Positions 1-8,321 of a stretch of DNA of 32,000 bases are shown here, piece by piece (position 1 is the first letter of the stretch; each line of letters opens with the position of its first letter). Origin of the DNA: Aeropyrum pernix K1 (GTDB taxonomy: Archaea > Thermoproteota > Thermoprotei_A > Sulfolobales > Acidilobaceae); contig NC_000854.2 in assembly GCF_000011125.1 (NCBI RefSeq), positions 1,260,001 to 1,292,000 of the forward strand. Reading direction: 5' to 3'. The translations under genes and the position numbers were made by a program. Under the pieces are notes generated by a model, which saw nothing but the letters and a program-made list of their open reading frames with translations, was not told the DNA's origin and did not search any database.

Positions 1-1
1 A

Positions 2-130
2 TATATCGTCGAGGCCGTCGAGGACCTCGGCATAACAGGCAGCTCAACCATAATATTCGTCCCCCGAACATGCCTGCCCCAAGCCTACAACGCTGCACTC
101 AGGATAATTGTGGAGAGGCTGTGTAAGTAG
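2..130 (+). CDS. C-terminal end of an unidentified protein (5' truncated by the window)
   Basis: Open frame from base 2: YIVEAVEDLGITGSSTIIFVPRTCLPQAYNAALRIIVERLCK*, TAG at 128-130. Too short to assign. Confidence 0.5.
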   Translation, partial: YIVEAVEDLGITGSSTIIFVPRTCLPQAYNAALRIIVERLCK

Positions 131-147
131 ATTCAGCCCGGTGTTAT

Positions 148-183
148 GGGGGGTTCCTATACACTAGCCCTTGTTAACCCCCC
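148..183. repeat. Inverted repeat, 8-bp perfect arms (GGGGGGTT ... AACCCCCC)
   Basis: 148-155 GGGGGGTT; 176-183 AACCCCCC; 20-nt loop. Confidence 0.7.
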
Positions 184-190
184 GGTATAC
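172..190 (-). repeat. 19-nt element TGTTAACCCCCCGGTATAC; perfect inverted copy at 1244-1262
   Basis: Reverse complement GTATACCGGGGGGTTAACA occurs exactly at 1244-1262. Confidence 0.85.
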
Positions 191-399
191 AAGCTAGAAA
201 CATAACATATACAACCACAACCAGCAAAGGAGTCTCGAAGAAGCGGTAGGTAGGGTTCGGGTTTTTCTTGTCTAGGTAATACGTTTATAATGATACAAAA
301 GGTAATATCATAGAGTATTTAGTATTAGAGCTTACACCCGGCACCCCCAGGACCATAATATCGGGGGTGTATTGTAGTAGATACTAGTAGCCGGGTGGT

Positions 400-1335
400 C
401 TAGGCATCTAGACCGGCGCTGCACGCCTCTAGAACATCTTTAGTCTTCTTGGACATGCCTACTCTCATGCCGAGACGGGGGTCGCGGTAGATGTATATGA
501 AGCCCTTGGTCTGGAGGCTCCTCAGGTTCTTCACTAGCCACTGGAAGTCGGCCTGCATACCTTCCTGGAGCTGGTCTAGGTAGATGTATGTTGTCCCCCA
601 CTTGGCGTAGTGGTCTAGAAGGAACCTCATGATCTCGGCCTCCTCCTCGTCAAGCTCCTCCGCTATAACGTCGAGGGCGCATGATGCTGTGAGACCCCTG
701 TTTTGCTGTTTATTGCCTGGCTTACCTTTTAACCCGGCAATGAATGGCAAGGGAGGGCCAGCCTGCCTCCTCGGGCGCGCTTCTCTCTTGCTGTTTATTG
801 CCGTCTTATCAGGTAAACTGTTGAGTATACGTTGGGCCACTGCAGCGAACTCGTTGAACCTATCCCTACTCTCCCTATCGAGGACCTCCCGGGCGTACTC
901 CTCCCCAAGGGTGGTGAGGTACCAGAGGCCCGACTCGTACTCCACATACCCCCGGGTCTTCCAGTAGCTGAGGTAGCTGGATATGTAGCGGGTGCTGTAG
1001 CCCAGTATACCGGCGATCTCGGCAGCCCTCATAGGCTTGGCAAGCAGCATAACCAGTATGGCGTCGACAAGCCTGCTCCTAGGCCCCCTCCTACCCCGGG
1101 CCTTGGCCTTAGCCTCCTCATGCTGCTCCAGATACTCCCTAACCGCCCTCCAGAGGTCGTCAGACACGCCTAACCCCACAACAATAATATGCCGCTCTAG
1201 GGTGTGGTGTTGGAGGGGTTGGTAGTACTGGGCTGCAGAGCCTGTATACCGGGGGGTTAACAGGCCGTTCACCCAAACCGTGCCTTCATGTAACAAATTA
1301 TGGCAGGTTGTGTCGGGCACGGCTGGGTTCATCAC
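400..1335 (-). CDS. whiP: Two-winged-helix DNA-binding protein resembling crenarchaeal WhiP-type candidate replication initiator; true start probably internal (GTG at about 1179 or 1167)
   Basis: N-terminal wH-like block SRLVDAILVMLLAKPMRAAEIAGILGYSTRYISSYLSYWKTRGYVEYES and C-terminal wH-like block EEAEIMRFLLDHYAKWGTTYIYLDQLQEGMQADFQWLVKNLRSLQTKGFIYIYRDPRLG, joined by a basic linker. Assignment from family recall, not searched. Confidence 0.6.
   Translation of the reverse strand: MMNPAVPDTTCHNLLHEGTVWVNGLLTPRYTGSAAQYYQPLQHHTLERHIIVVGLGVSDDLWRAVREYLEQHEEAKAKARGRRGPRSRLVDAILVMLLAKPMRAAEIAGILGYSTRYISSYLSYWKTRGYVEYESGLWYLTTLGEEYAREVLDRESRDRFNEFAAVAQRILNSLPDKTAINSKREARPRRQAGPPLPFIAGLKGKPGNKQQNRGLTASCALDVIAEELDEEEAEIMRFLLDHYAKWGTTYIYLDQLQEGMQADFQWLVKNLRSLQTKGFIYIYRDPRLGMRVGMSKKTKDVLEACSAGLDA
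1244..1262 (+). repeat. 19-nt element GTATACCGGGGGGTTAACA; perfect inverted copy of 172-190
   Basis: Exact match to reverse complement of 172-190; similarity extends to about 24 nt with one mismatch (AGCyTGTATACC...). Confidence 0.85.
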
Positions 1336-1356
1336 GGTCTCCCCGGGGCCGCCTAC

Positions 1357-1376
1357 GGAAGCCCCTGGGGGCTTCC
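1357..1376. repeat. Near-perfect palindrome GGAAGCCCC-TG-GGGGCTTCC
   Basis: 9-bp perfect arms, 2-nt centre. Confidence 0.85.
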
Positions 1377-1382
1377 CTCGGG

Positions 1383-1403
1383 AACCCCGGGGTCACCGGG
1401 GTT
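1383..1403. repeat. Inverted repeat AACCCCGG-GGTCA-CCGGGGTT
   Basis: 8-bp perfect arms, 5-nt centre. Confidence 0.85.
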
Positions 1404-1434
1404 AGGTTTATGAACTTCAAGCCTTAAAGTTTTG

Positions 1435-1449
1435 TTGGGGATTCCCCAA
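1435..1449. repeat. Palindrome TTGGGGA-T-TCCCCAA
   Basis: 7-bp perfect arms, 1-nt centre. Confidence 0.8.
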
Positions 1450-1472
1450 TATGAGCTACCGAAGAGATATGC

Positions 1473-1503
1473 TTAGATAGGCATTCAACATCAGCCTATC
1501 TAA
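1473..1503. repeat. Inverted repeat TTAGATAGGC ... GCCTATCTAA
   Basis: 10-bp perfect arms (1473-1482, 1494-1503) with 11-nt spacer. Confidence 0.85.
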
Positions 1504-1610
1504 TAGCTCTACGCGGTATAGAAAGATACAGTCCGATACAGAAAGTTACAGCTTAGTGTTTCTGCCCCCGCACCACGGCCAACCAAAACCCTCAGGCGAC
1601 ACACCCCTCG

Positions 1611-2843
1611 CTAGTCCATGTAGCTTTCCAGCGTCTTCCTAGGCTTCATGAGCTGTGAGATCCTCTTCGCCAGGCCCCACTCGCCTATGAGCTTGGAGGC
1701 GAGGGCGTCCAGCTCGCCCGGCTGGGGGTTTTTGGCGAGGGGTTTTTGTGCTAGCGCGTGTTTGACCGTCTCCCTTATGTGCCAGTTGCCCACGGGGGCG
1801 TAGTACTGTGGGAGGACCTCCCTCACTATTATCACGTCAGCCCTTCGGCCGCGGGAGTATAGGTGTTCGAGGACGGGCAGCTTTGCGGCGCTGAAGCCGC
1901 CGTCCTCCATGTTCTTCCTGCCCAGGGGGTCTTCACGTACTACGGAAGCCACCGGGCCGCCGGCGCCGGGGGTCCAGACGGTGTGTGGGTGCCATATCTC
2001 TATCCACTCCATCCAGCCGGGGCCAGGCTTCAGTATTATTAGGAACCTGTTGTGAAGGTACTCGGAGAAGTAGACCTCAACCCCCCCTATCTCGGGCGCG
2101 GTCTTCAGGAGCCTCCTAAGCCTTCTTGAGAGCATCTCGTCGACAGCCGTTATAGCCCACCTTGTGGGGACCAGCCTCCTAGCCCTCAGCCTGCCCAGGA
2201 AGCCTATTGAGAGGGCCCTCTGTATCGTATAGACGTTAACCCCCCGGTTAAACAGCTCCCACGCCATCACCTCAGCCTTCTCATCCTCCCAGATAGCCCT
2301 CTCAACAGGCTTCTCCAGCCTGGGGTTTCCCTCGACCTCCACCCTCCTGGCGGGGGCTGTGGGGCCGACGGGCTTGGTGTAGCCGTCGAAGGACACCCTC
2401 GGCACGGGGAGGCGGGCTAGCTCCAGGAAGCTGTCCACAGGCCTCTCTGAAAGGGCTGCCGGGCCGATCTCCCTCTGGTAGAGGAGCTCGTGGGGCCTCC
2501 TGGCGTCAGCCCTGAGGACGCCGGCCACAAGCTCGCTCCTCAGCCTGACAATAGACCCCAGGGGGGTGCGTGAGGACCTCCAGCCCAGAGGGTCCTCGTA
2601 CCTCTGGGCCTCCGGGCCCGCGACCCCGGGGGGCACCATGTAGTAGAGCCTCACGCCGGGATAGCCCCTCTCACCCACTAGTATCGAGGGGGGTGTGGAG
2701 CCCTGCACCTCCCTGGACCACCGAGCCCTCTCCAGGCTCCTAGCCTGGCTCCTCAGCCTGTCGAGTATGGGGCATGAGGGCAGGCCGCATAGGAGCCTGT
2801 AGCCCTTGCACCTGGTGCAAAGCTCGGGAGGTATCCTCGGCAT
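1611..2843 (-). CDS. nreA: Archaeal DNA repair protein NreA-like
   Basis: N-terminal CTRCKGYRLLCGLPSCPIL zinc-binding-like segment, GEVYF/'EVYFSEYLHNRFLIIL' core and C-terminal PIP-like tail RKTLESYMD characteristic of Nre proteins. Confidence 0.82.
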   Translation of the reverse strand: MPRIPPELCTRCKGYRLLCGLPSCPILDRLRSQARSLERARWSREVQGSTPPSILVGERGYPGVRLYYMVPPGVAGPEAQRYEDPLGWRSSRTPLGSIVRLRSELVAGVLRADARRPHELLYQREIGPAALSERPVDSFLELARLPVPRVSFDGYTKPVGPTAPARRVEVEGNPRLEKPVERAIWEDEKAEVMAWELFNRGVNVYTIQRALSIGFLGRLRARRLVPTRWAITAVDEMLSRRLRRLLKTAPEIGGVEVYFSEYLHNRFLIILKPGPGWMEWIEIWHPHTVWTPGAGGPVASVVREDPLGRKNMEDGGFSAAKLPVLEHLYSRGRRADVIIVREVLPQYYAPVGNWHIRETVKHALAQKPLAKNPQPGELDALASKLIGEWGLAKRISQLMKPRKTLESYMD

Positions 2844-3992
2844 CTAGGGGCGCCCCTCTAGCCTCCGGCCCTTGACCACGAATCCTCTAGACTCCACCAG
2901 CTCCTTAAGGGTGTCGGCCTGGCCCGAGTATATCTTAGCCAGCACCGTGTCCCCCCTACTTATCTCGGGGTCCTCCAGGAAGGGTATGATCCACTTACCC
3001 CCAACCTTGGCAGCAACTATGACTAGCCCCTCCTCGTCGAGGCCCAGCTCCGACAGCCTCCTCCTCTCACCCATGTAGTCGAGCGCCAGGTAGGACTCCC
3101 ACGGGTCGCCTATAGTCCCCTCTACCACTCTGCCAGGCAGCTCTGTCTCCACGAGCCCGGCAGCCCTGGCTGCGGCGTCGGAGAAGTCCTCGAGGCTCCT
3201 GAGGAAGAGTATGAGTGTGAGTGTCTCGGGGCCCGTGAGGCCCTGGGCAACTATATCCTCCATAAGGCTTAGTATATCGTTGTCCAGCATCTCCTCCATA
3301 TCAAGCACTGTCCGGGCCAGGCCGGCGTCGCCGGCCAGGAGGCTGTAGAGGGAGGCGTCGAACCCCGCCCTGGCGAGGACCTTAGCTCTAGCCACACCCC
3401 GGGCAGTGTCGTCCGCCAGCAGCGTCTCCACGTCTGCCGGAGGCTTGGGAGGCTTGGCGCCCAGCGATTCCGCAGCCTCCAGCAGCGCCTCTAGGCTGCC
3501 CCTCACTATCAGCACGTCACCCTCCCTTATTGAGAAGTCTTCTGGGCTCAGCAAAGCCCTACCACCCCTCCTGAGTATAAGGACGTCGACTATGTCTAGC
3601 CTGTCCAGCGGCTTCTCAGCCTTCAGGGCAGCGACTACCTCGCCGCAGCATATGGCGGCGGCTGTTACGTACTTGTGGGGCGGGTAGCCCCTGAGCACTA
3701 GCTGTGCCAGGTCTCCGGCGGCGTCGCTCGCCCTGTCGAAGGCGGCAGCCAGCTCGACTATGCCCTTCGCTAGCCCCGTGTGGCCCGGCCCCCTTACTGC
3801 TAGGCTGAGGAGCCCGACCGCCTCCCTTATAATCTCGTCTACATCGTCCTCCAGCATCAGGGTCTCGAGGGCGGCGAGGCGGTCGCCGAAGGCGACGCTG
3901 TATATGGAGAGGTCTATCATGATGCTCGTTAGACGCCTGGCCTCGCTGAGGAGGCCTACTATGCCGCCCCTCCGCCTATCCTCTCCCATCAC
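2844..3992 (-). CDS. Soluble PhoU-like / TrkA_C (RCK_C) domain protein, apparently duplicated module
   Basis: Helical PhoU-like segments followed by TrkA_C-like 'LLSPEDFSIREGDVLIVRGSLEALLEAAE' and a second 'WIIPFLEDPEISRGDTVLAKIYSGQADTLKELVE'; no transmembrane channel segment. Confidence 0.72.
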   Translation of the reverse strand: MMGEDRRRGGIVGLLSEARRLTSIMIDLSIYSVAFGDRLAALETLMLEDDVDEIIREAVGLLSLAVRGPGHTGLAKGIVELAAAFDRASDAAGDLAQLVLRGYPPHKYVTAAAICCGEVVAALKAEKPLDRLDIVDVLILRRGGRALLSPEDFSIREGDVLIVRGSLEALLEAAESLGAKPPKPPADVETLLADDTARGVARAKVLARAGFDASLYSLLAGDAGLARTVLDMEEMLDNDILSLMEDIVAQGLTGPETLTLILFLRSLEDFSDAAARAAGLVETELPGRVVEGTIGDPWESYLALDYMGERRRLSELGLDEEGLVIVAAKVGGKWIIPFLEDPEISRGDTVLAKIYSGQADTLKELVESRGFVVKGRRLEGRP

Positions 3993-4446
3993 CGCCTCCC
4001 CGGAGGAGGAAGTAGAGTATGAGTGCAGCCTCGGCTATGGGGCCCACCTTCCCCTCCACACCCTCTATATAAACCCTAATGGCCCCCGCCGCCTCGCTAG
4101 GGTCGAGCTCCGGCTCGCCCCCGCTGAATACGACCAGGACTCTCCCCTCAAGCCCCTCCAGCCCCCCGGGGCCCACGAGCCTCTCAGCCCTCGAGGGCGT
4201 CACAGCCAGGACGTGGGTGGGGGATAGCAGGTTGACGGCGTCCCGGAGCTCTGGGAGGACTACCAGGCTTTTGCCTAGCTTAAGGGCAAGCCTCATAGCC
4301 TCCGGCACTCCAGACTGGGCCGCCCCTCCGTAGGCCTTGGTGACCACCAGTGTGTCGAGGCCTAGGCTGTAGGAGAGCCTGGCCATGTCGACCACCCTCT
4401 GGACGCTGGAGACGTTGTGGAGCACCGGTATCACTTCCACTGGCAA
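3976..4446 (-). CDS. Conserved archaeal SPOUT/SpoU-like protein (often labelled RecB-family nuclease)
   Basis: MPVEVIPVLHNVSSVQRVVDMARLSYSLGLDTLVVTKAYGGAAQSGVPEAMRLALKLGKSLVVLPEL; alpha/beta fold. Family assignment by recall. Confidence 0.6.
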   Translation of the reverse strand: MPVEVIPVLHNVSSVQRVVDMARLSYSLGLDTLVVTKAYGGAAQSGVPEAMRLALKLGKSLVVLPELRDAVNLLSPTHVLAVTPSRAERLVGPGGLEGLEGRVLVVFSGGEPELDPSEAAGAIRVYIEGVEGKVGPIAEAALILYFLLRGGGDGRG

Positions 4447-4451
4447 CCCTC

Positions 4452-5435
4452 CTATACACCCCTCTCATCTTCAAGTAGGGCTGCGAGGTATTCAGCTATA
4501 GCCTTTGCAAGCGGGGGAGGCACAGCCTCGCCCACCATGTTGTACTGCGCGTCCCGGCTGCCGAGGAATATGTGGTAGTCGGGGAAGCCCATCAGCCTCG
4601 CCTGCTCCCTCACAGTCAGGAGCCTGTCCTGCCAGGGGTGGATGAACCTTCTAGACCCCATGACAGTTGGGGCGGGCGCATCGGGGTCGAGCCTTATGTA
4701 GTTGGGTATCCTCCTCCCTCCAGCCCCCTGGAACTGTATGAGCCCCTCCCCAGCCCTGAGCCTGGCAGCCCTCCTCATCTTCCTGGCCGGGAGTTCGGGC
4801 GGGGCCTCGTGGTTAGGCGGCCACGCCGCCCCCGGCTCTGGGAGGTCCTTGAGGACCTCGCCCACGCTAGGCCCCCTCCTCCGCGGGGGGCGGAGTCTTG
4901 CGTTGGAGACGAAAACCCTAAGCCTCCTGCTGGGCGTGCCGTGCTCCTCAGCCCTAAGCAGGTTGAAGTAAACCCTCCTGTAGCCGGCCTTTGAGAGCTC
5001 CATCCTCACGGCCCTCTCTATCTCCGGGTGTGCTATGCCGGGAACGTTCTCTATGACGAAGAACCTGGGCTTGAGGAGGCCTATGAGCCTTATTGCGTGT
5101 AGGAAGAGCTGGCCGGCCGGGTCTCTGTAAAGCCTGTCCAGCGGCCTCTCCATCCTCCTGGGGTTCGCCCCCGTGAACGGCTCGCAGGGGGGGCTGGCTA
5201 TGACGACGTCAACCTCCCCGGGGCTCAAGCCTGAGACGCTCGATATCTCCTCTAGCCCCACCTCCTTCACATCGTCAGCTATGAAGGCGGTGTGGGGGAA
5301 GTTGGCCTTGTAGGTCCTCGCCGCCGGGGGGTAGTTGTCTATGGCCACTCTTACCCTGAAGCCCGCCTCCTCGAACCCTCTGGAGAAGCCTCCCCCTCCC
5401 GCGAATACGTCAGCTGCGGTATATCCTTGACTCAT
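4452..5435 (-). CDS. Solitary DNA/RNA C5-cytosine methyltransferase
   Basis: Motif [14 protein letters not shown], motif IV SPPCEPFTGAN, motif VI FVIENVPG, motif VIII RLRVFV, C-terminal TVREQARLMGFPD and MVGEAVPPPLAKAIAEYL. Confidence 0.88.
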   Translation of the reverse strand: MSQGYTAADVFAGGGGFSRGFEEAGFRVRVAIDNYPPAARTYKANFPHTAFIADDVKEVGLEEISSVSGLSPGEVDVVIASPPCEPFTGANPRRMERPLDRLYRDPAGQLFLHAIRLIGLLKPRFFVIENVPGIAHPEIERAVRMELSKAGYRRVYFNLLRAEEHGTPSRRLRVFVSNARLRPPRRRGPSVGEVLKDLPEPGAAWPPNHEAPPELPARKMRRAARLRAGEGLIQFQGAGGRRIPNYIRLDPDAPAPTVMGSRRFIHPWQDRLLTVREQARLMGFPDYHIFLGSRDAQYNMVGEAVPPPLAKAIAEYLAALLEDERGV

Positions 5436-5979
5436 CCCTGGCTATCTCCTCCCTAAGCGCGTCTATCGTTCGCCTAAGCCTCTCCAGCCCCTCCCTACTA
5501 TCGGCCTCCTCGAGGACCTCCCCGCATCTCGGGCATGTGAAGTCTAGGGTGAAGGCCTCGTCGAAGCTGTACTTGGAGCCGCATCTCGGGCATGTGTAGT
5601 AGGAGTTGCCGCTGTCGTGGGCCTCCTTAACCACAAGCTTCTCCAACACCTTCTTCTTAAGGGTCAGGAGCGACACGTTTATGGTGTCGCTGTCTATCCT
5701 CCAGAAGTAGCGTGTAGCCTCCTTCCTCGGGTGCCTCCCCTTCCTGCTCACTATAATCCTCTTATCGCCGAGCAGCCTGAGTATCCTCCTTATGTCGCTC
5801 TGCTTGTAGCCTGTGAGGCTCTCCAGGTCGTCGTCGCTTATGCCGCCGTTGGGGGTCTCCTCGTATATGAGGTGGAAGATGTGGGCGGCCATCTCCGGCT
5901 TGATACCGTTAGCCTGGGCCAGCTTCCTAACGTATATCTCCAGGCTCTTGACAGCCCTGTTCCTACCCTTTCCTTTCAA
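5410..5979 (-). CDS. tfe: Transcription factor E (TFE, alpha subunit)
   Basis: N-terminal winged helix plus zinc ribbon [32 protein letters not shown]. Confidence 0.93.
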
Positions 5980-6526
5980 CCCTCTTACCCCTCTGGCTCT
6001 CCATAACCCTTAAAAACCCTCCACTATAATCTATAAACCTCCACTCGCCCCTAAATAACCTGTCCAGGAATAAGGCTAGAGCGGCTACCTCGCTATGGGG
6101 CTGCGTCCCCACGGAGACGTTCCAATCCGCCTCCTCATAGTAGAACCTCTCAACCTTCTCAGCCCCCACAACCACAAGCTTCCTCCTCGGGCTCGCCGCT
6201 ATCACGGGTGCAACGTCGTCCACGTTAACCCCATACATTGTTAGATGGACAACCTCACCCCCACCCTCCCTCCACATCCTCACGTACCGCCTTCCCGAGA
6301 CCCCGCACTCAACAGTGAAGGGGCCGCCCCACCTGGCAACCACCCTCCTAACACTCTCAACCACGCCCTCGTCACACACCCCCTCTAGGACGAAGCCGTT
6401 GGCGCCGAAAGCCCTCGCGACTAGGGCAACGTGCGTCGTAACCCTCTTATCCCTCTCAGGCCTGTGGCCCAGCCTCAGGACGTACACGTCTCCGTAGGGG
6501 CCGCCAGGCTTCAACCAGCCAGACAC
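5963..6526 (-). CDS. tRNA (cytidine-56 2'-O)-methyltransferase, aTrm56
   Basis: [29 protein letters not shown] ... [44 protein letters not shown] signature. Confidence 0.92.
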
Positions 6527-6560
6527 CCCCGGGTGTGTAGGATAGTGTTTGGGCCTGGGG

Positions 6561-7679
6561 CTAGTCCATATGCCCCGCCTCGAGGAGGCCCTCTAGCCTG
6601 TCACCGTCGACTATTTTGATGATGCTTCTGACGAGCCTGTCAACGCCGTAACCGGTCTTGGCGGATATAGGTATCACGGGGGGGCTGTGGGGGAGTATGC
6701 TGGCCTCCCTCTCTATCAATGCTATCCTTTCGCCGATCTCCGGGGGCTGTAGGGCGTCTATCTTGTTTGCCGCTATCACCATGGGGGCTGAGAGGGCTCC
6801 TATCCTTGCTAAGGTGTCTATGCCTGCGTGGAGCTTCTCCTCTATATCGCTCGGCGGCTCGGCGGCGTCTATGACGAACACTATGGCGTCGGAGTGTTTA
6901 ACCTCCGCCAGGGTTGCGTGGAAGGCCTCCACGATCTCTGGGGGTACGTCGCGTATGAAGCCCACCGTGTCCGCGGCTAGAACCCCTTCTACACCCCCCC
7001 ACGTTATCCTGCTGTGCTTCGGCTGGAGTGTGGTGAAGTACTCGGGCCCCACAGGCCTATCCTCGCCTGTCAGTAGGTTGAAAAGGCTGGTCTTGCCTGC
7101 GGAGGCGTAGCCTACTATGCTCACCTGCTTAAGCCCGCTCTTAGCCCTGGAGGATAGCCTGCTCTCCCTGGTGCTCCTCATCTTATCAAGCTCCCTCCTT
7201 ATCTTGACAAGCCTCCTCCTAAGGTGTCTGAGGTACTGGTCGGCGGCGTACATTCCGGGGCCTAGGAAGCCTGGGTACTCGCCCATCTTGCTCCTCCTCA
7301 CGAACTCCCTGGCCAGGGGTATCTCATGCTTAATCCTCGCAGCCTCTATCTGGAGGAGCGCCTCTCTGGATGAGGCGTGTAGGGCGAAGATCTCTAATAT
7401 AAGCATGACCCTGTCTACAACGTTTAGTCCTGTCTCCCTCATGACGGTGAACTTGGAGGAGGGCTGCAGGTCGCCGTAGTATATCAGGGCTTCGGCTCCC
7501 GAGGACCTCGCCTCATCCTTTATGGCGTCCAGGAGCCCCTTCTTTATTATCCTCGGGTGCCTGTTCCTCCATAGCCTGGCCACATCGTACCCCGCCGTCT
7601 CCGCTAGGGCCAGTGCCTCGTCAAGATGCCTCTCTAGCAGCCTGGGTATCACCATGAGAGCCTTCCTTCTACTCTTCAT
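6561..7679 (-). CDS. hflX: HflX-family GTPase
   Basis: [20 protein letters not shown] (G1), [21 protein letters not shown] (G3), AANKIDAL (G4). Confidence 0.92.
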   Translation of the reverse strand: MKSRRKALMVIPRLLERHLDEALALAETAGYDVARLWRNRHPRIIKKGLLDAIKDEARSSGAEALIYYGDLQPSSKFTVMRETGLNVVDRVMLILEIFALHASSREALLQIEAARIKHEIPLAREFVRRSKMGEYPGFLGPGMYAADQYLRHLRRRLVKIRRELDKMRSTRESRLSSRAKSGLKQVSIVGYASAGKTSLFNLLTGEDRPVGPEYFTTLQPKHSRITWGGVEGVLAADTVGFIRDVPPEIVEAFHATLAEVKHSDAIVFVIDAAEPPSDIEEKLHAGIDTLARIGALSAPMVIAANKIDALQPPEIGERIALIEREASILPHSPPVIPISAKTGYGVDRLVRSIIKIVDGDRLEGLLEAGHMD

Positions 7680-8184
7680 CCCTGTCTACCACCACTATAT
7701 CCCCCAGGGTTATATAGTCCCTACCATAATCCTCGTCGTAGTAAGCCTCCTCATCAACAACGGGCTCGAGCAGTTTAACACCCAGCATCTTCTCCATCCT
7801 CTTGGCCAGGTCGAGGCTGGGCTTCAGCTTCCCCGACTCTATCCTCCTGAGCATTGTCTCGCTTATCCTGAGCTTCTGCGCCAGCACAGCAGTGCTCCAC
7901 CCCCTGGCCTCCCTCGCCTCTCTAATCCTCTCGGGATAATCCTCCACCAGGTCATACATGTCTAGGGGGACTCTCCGCGGCCTCCTAGCACCCCCAGAGC
8001 CTCCCCTCGCCGCGCCTCTCCTGCTAGGCCTCGCCTCCCTCAGCAGCTGGGCCCTGCCGCTCCTGGCTAGCTTCATGTAGCAGCTCAAGCACAGGTCCAT
8101 CTCAACCCCTTCAACGCTAACCCTATAAGGCCTCCCCCTAATCTCTGCACCGCACAGCTCACAGTAGGCGCTGGCCTGCTTCAA
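7669..8184 (-). CDS. Archaeal multiprotein bridging factor 1 (aMBF1): zinc ribbon + HTH
   Basis: CELCGAEIRGRPYRVSVEGVEMDLCLSC and HTH_3 REARGWSTAVLAQKLRISETMLRRIESGKLKPSLDLAKRMEKML. Confidence 0.9.
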   Translation of the reverse strand: MKQASAYCELCGAEIRGRPYRVSVEGVEMDLCLSCYMKLARSGRAQLLREARPSRRGAARGGSGGARRPRRVPLDMYDLVEDYPERIREAREARGWSTAVLAQKLRISETMLRRIESGKLKPSLDLAKRMEKMLGVKLLEPVVDEEAYYDEDYGRDYITLGDIVVVDRDEE

Positions 8185-8321
8185 ACCGCCGGAGCACCGT
8201 GTAATACTAGGGCGCCGTCCAGACCTAAATACCCGCGGGGCAGCCGCGTCTTAAACTTTTTGATATAGGCCCTCACGCCTTTTAAACACCATTAGCTTTA
8301 AATTGGAAAGCGGGGGATTAG

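Noticed and set aside
3406-4227. Plus-strand ORFs 3406..3687 and 3760..4227
   Set aside because: Overlap minus-strand genes with coherent domains; low-complexity translations.
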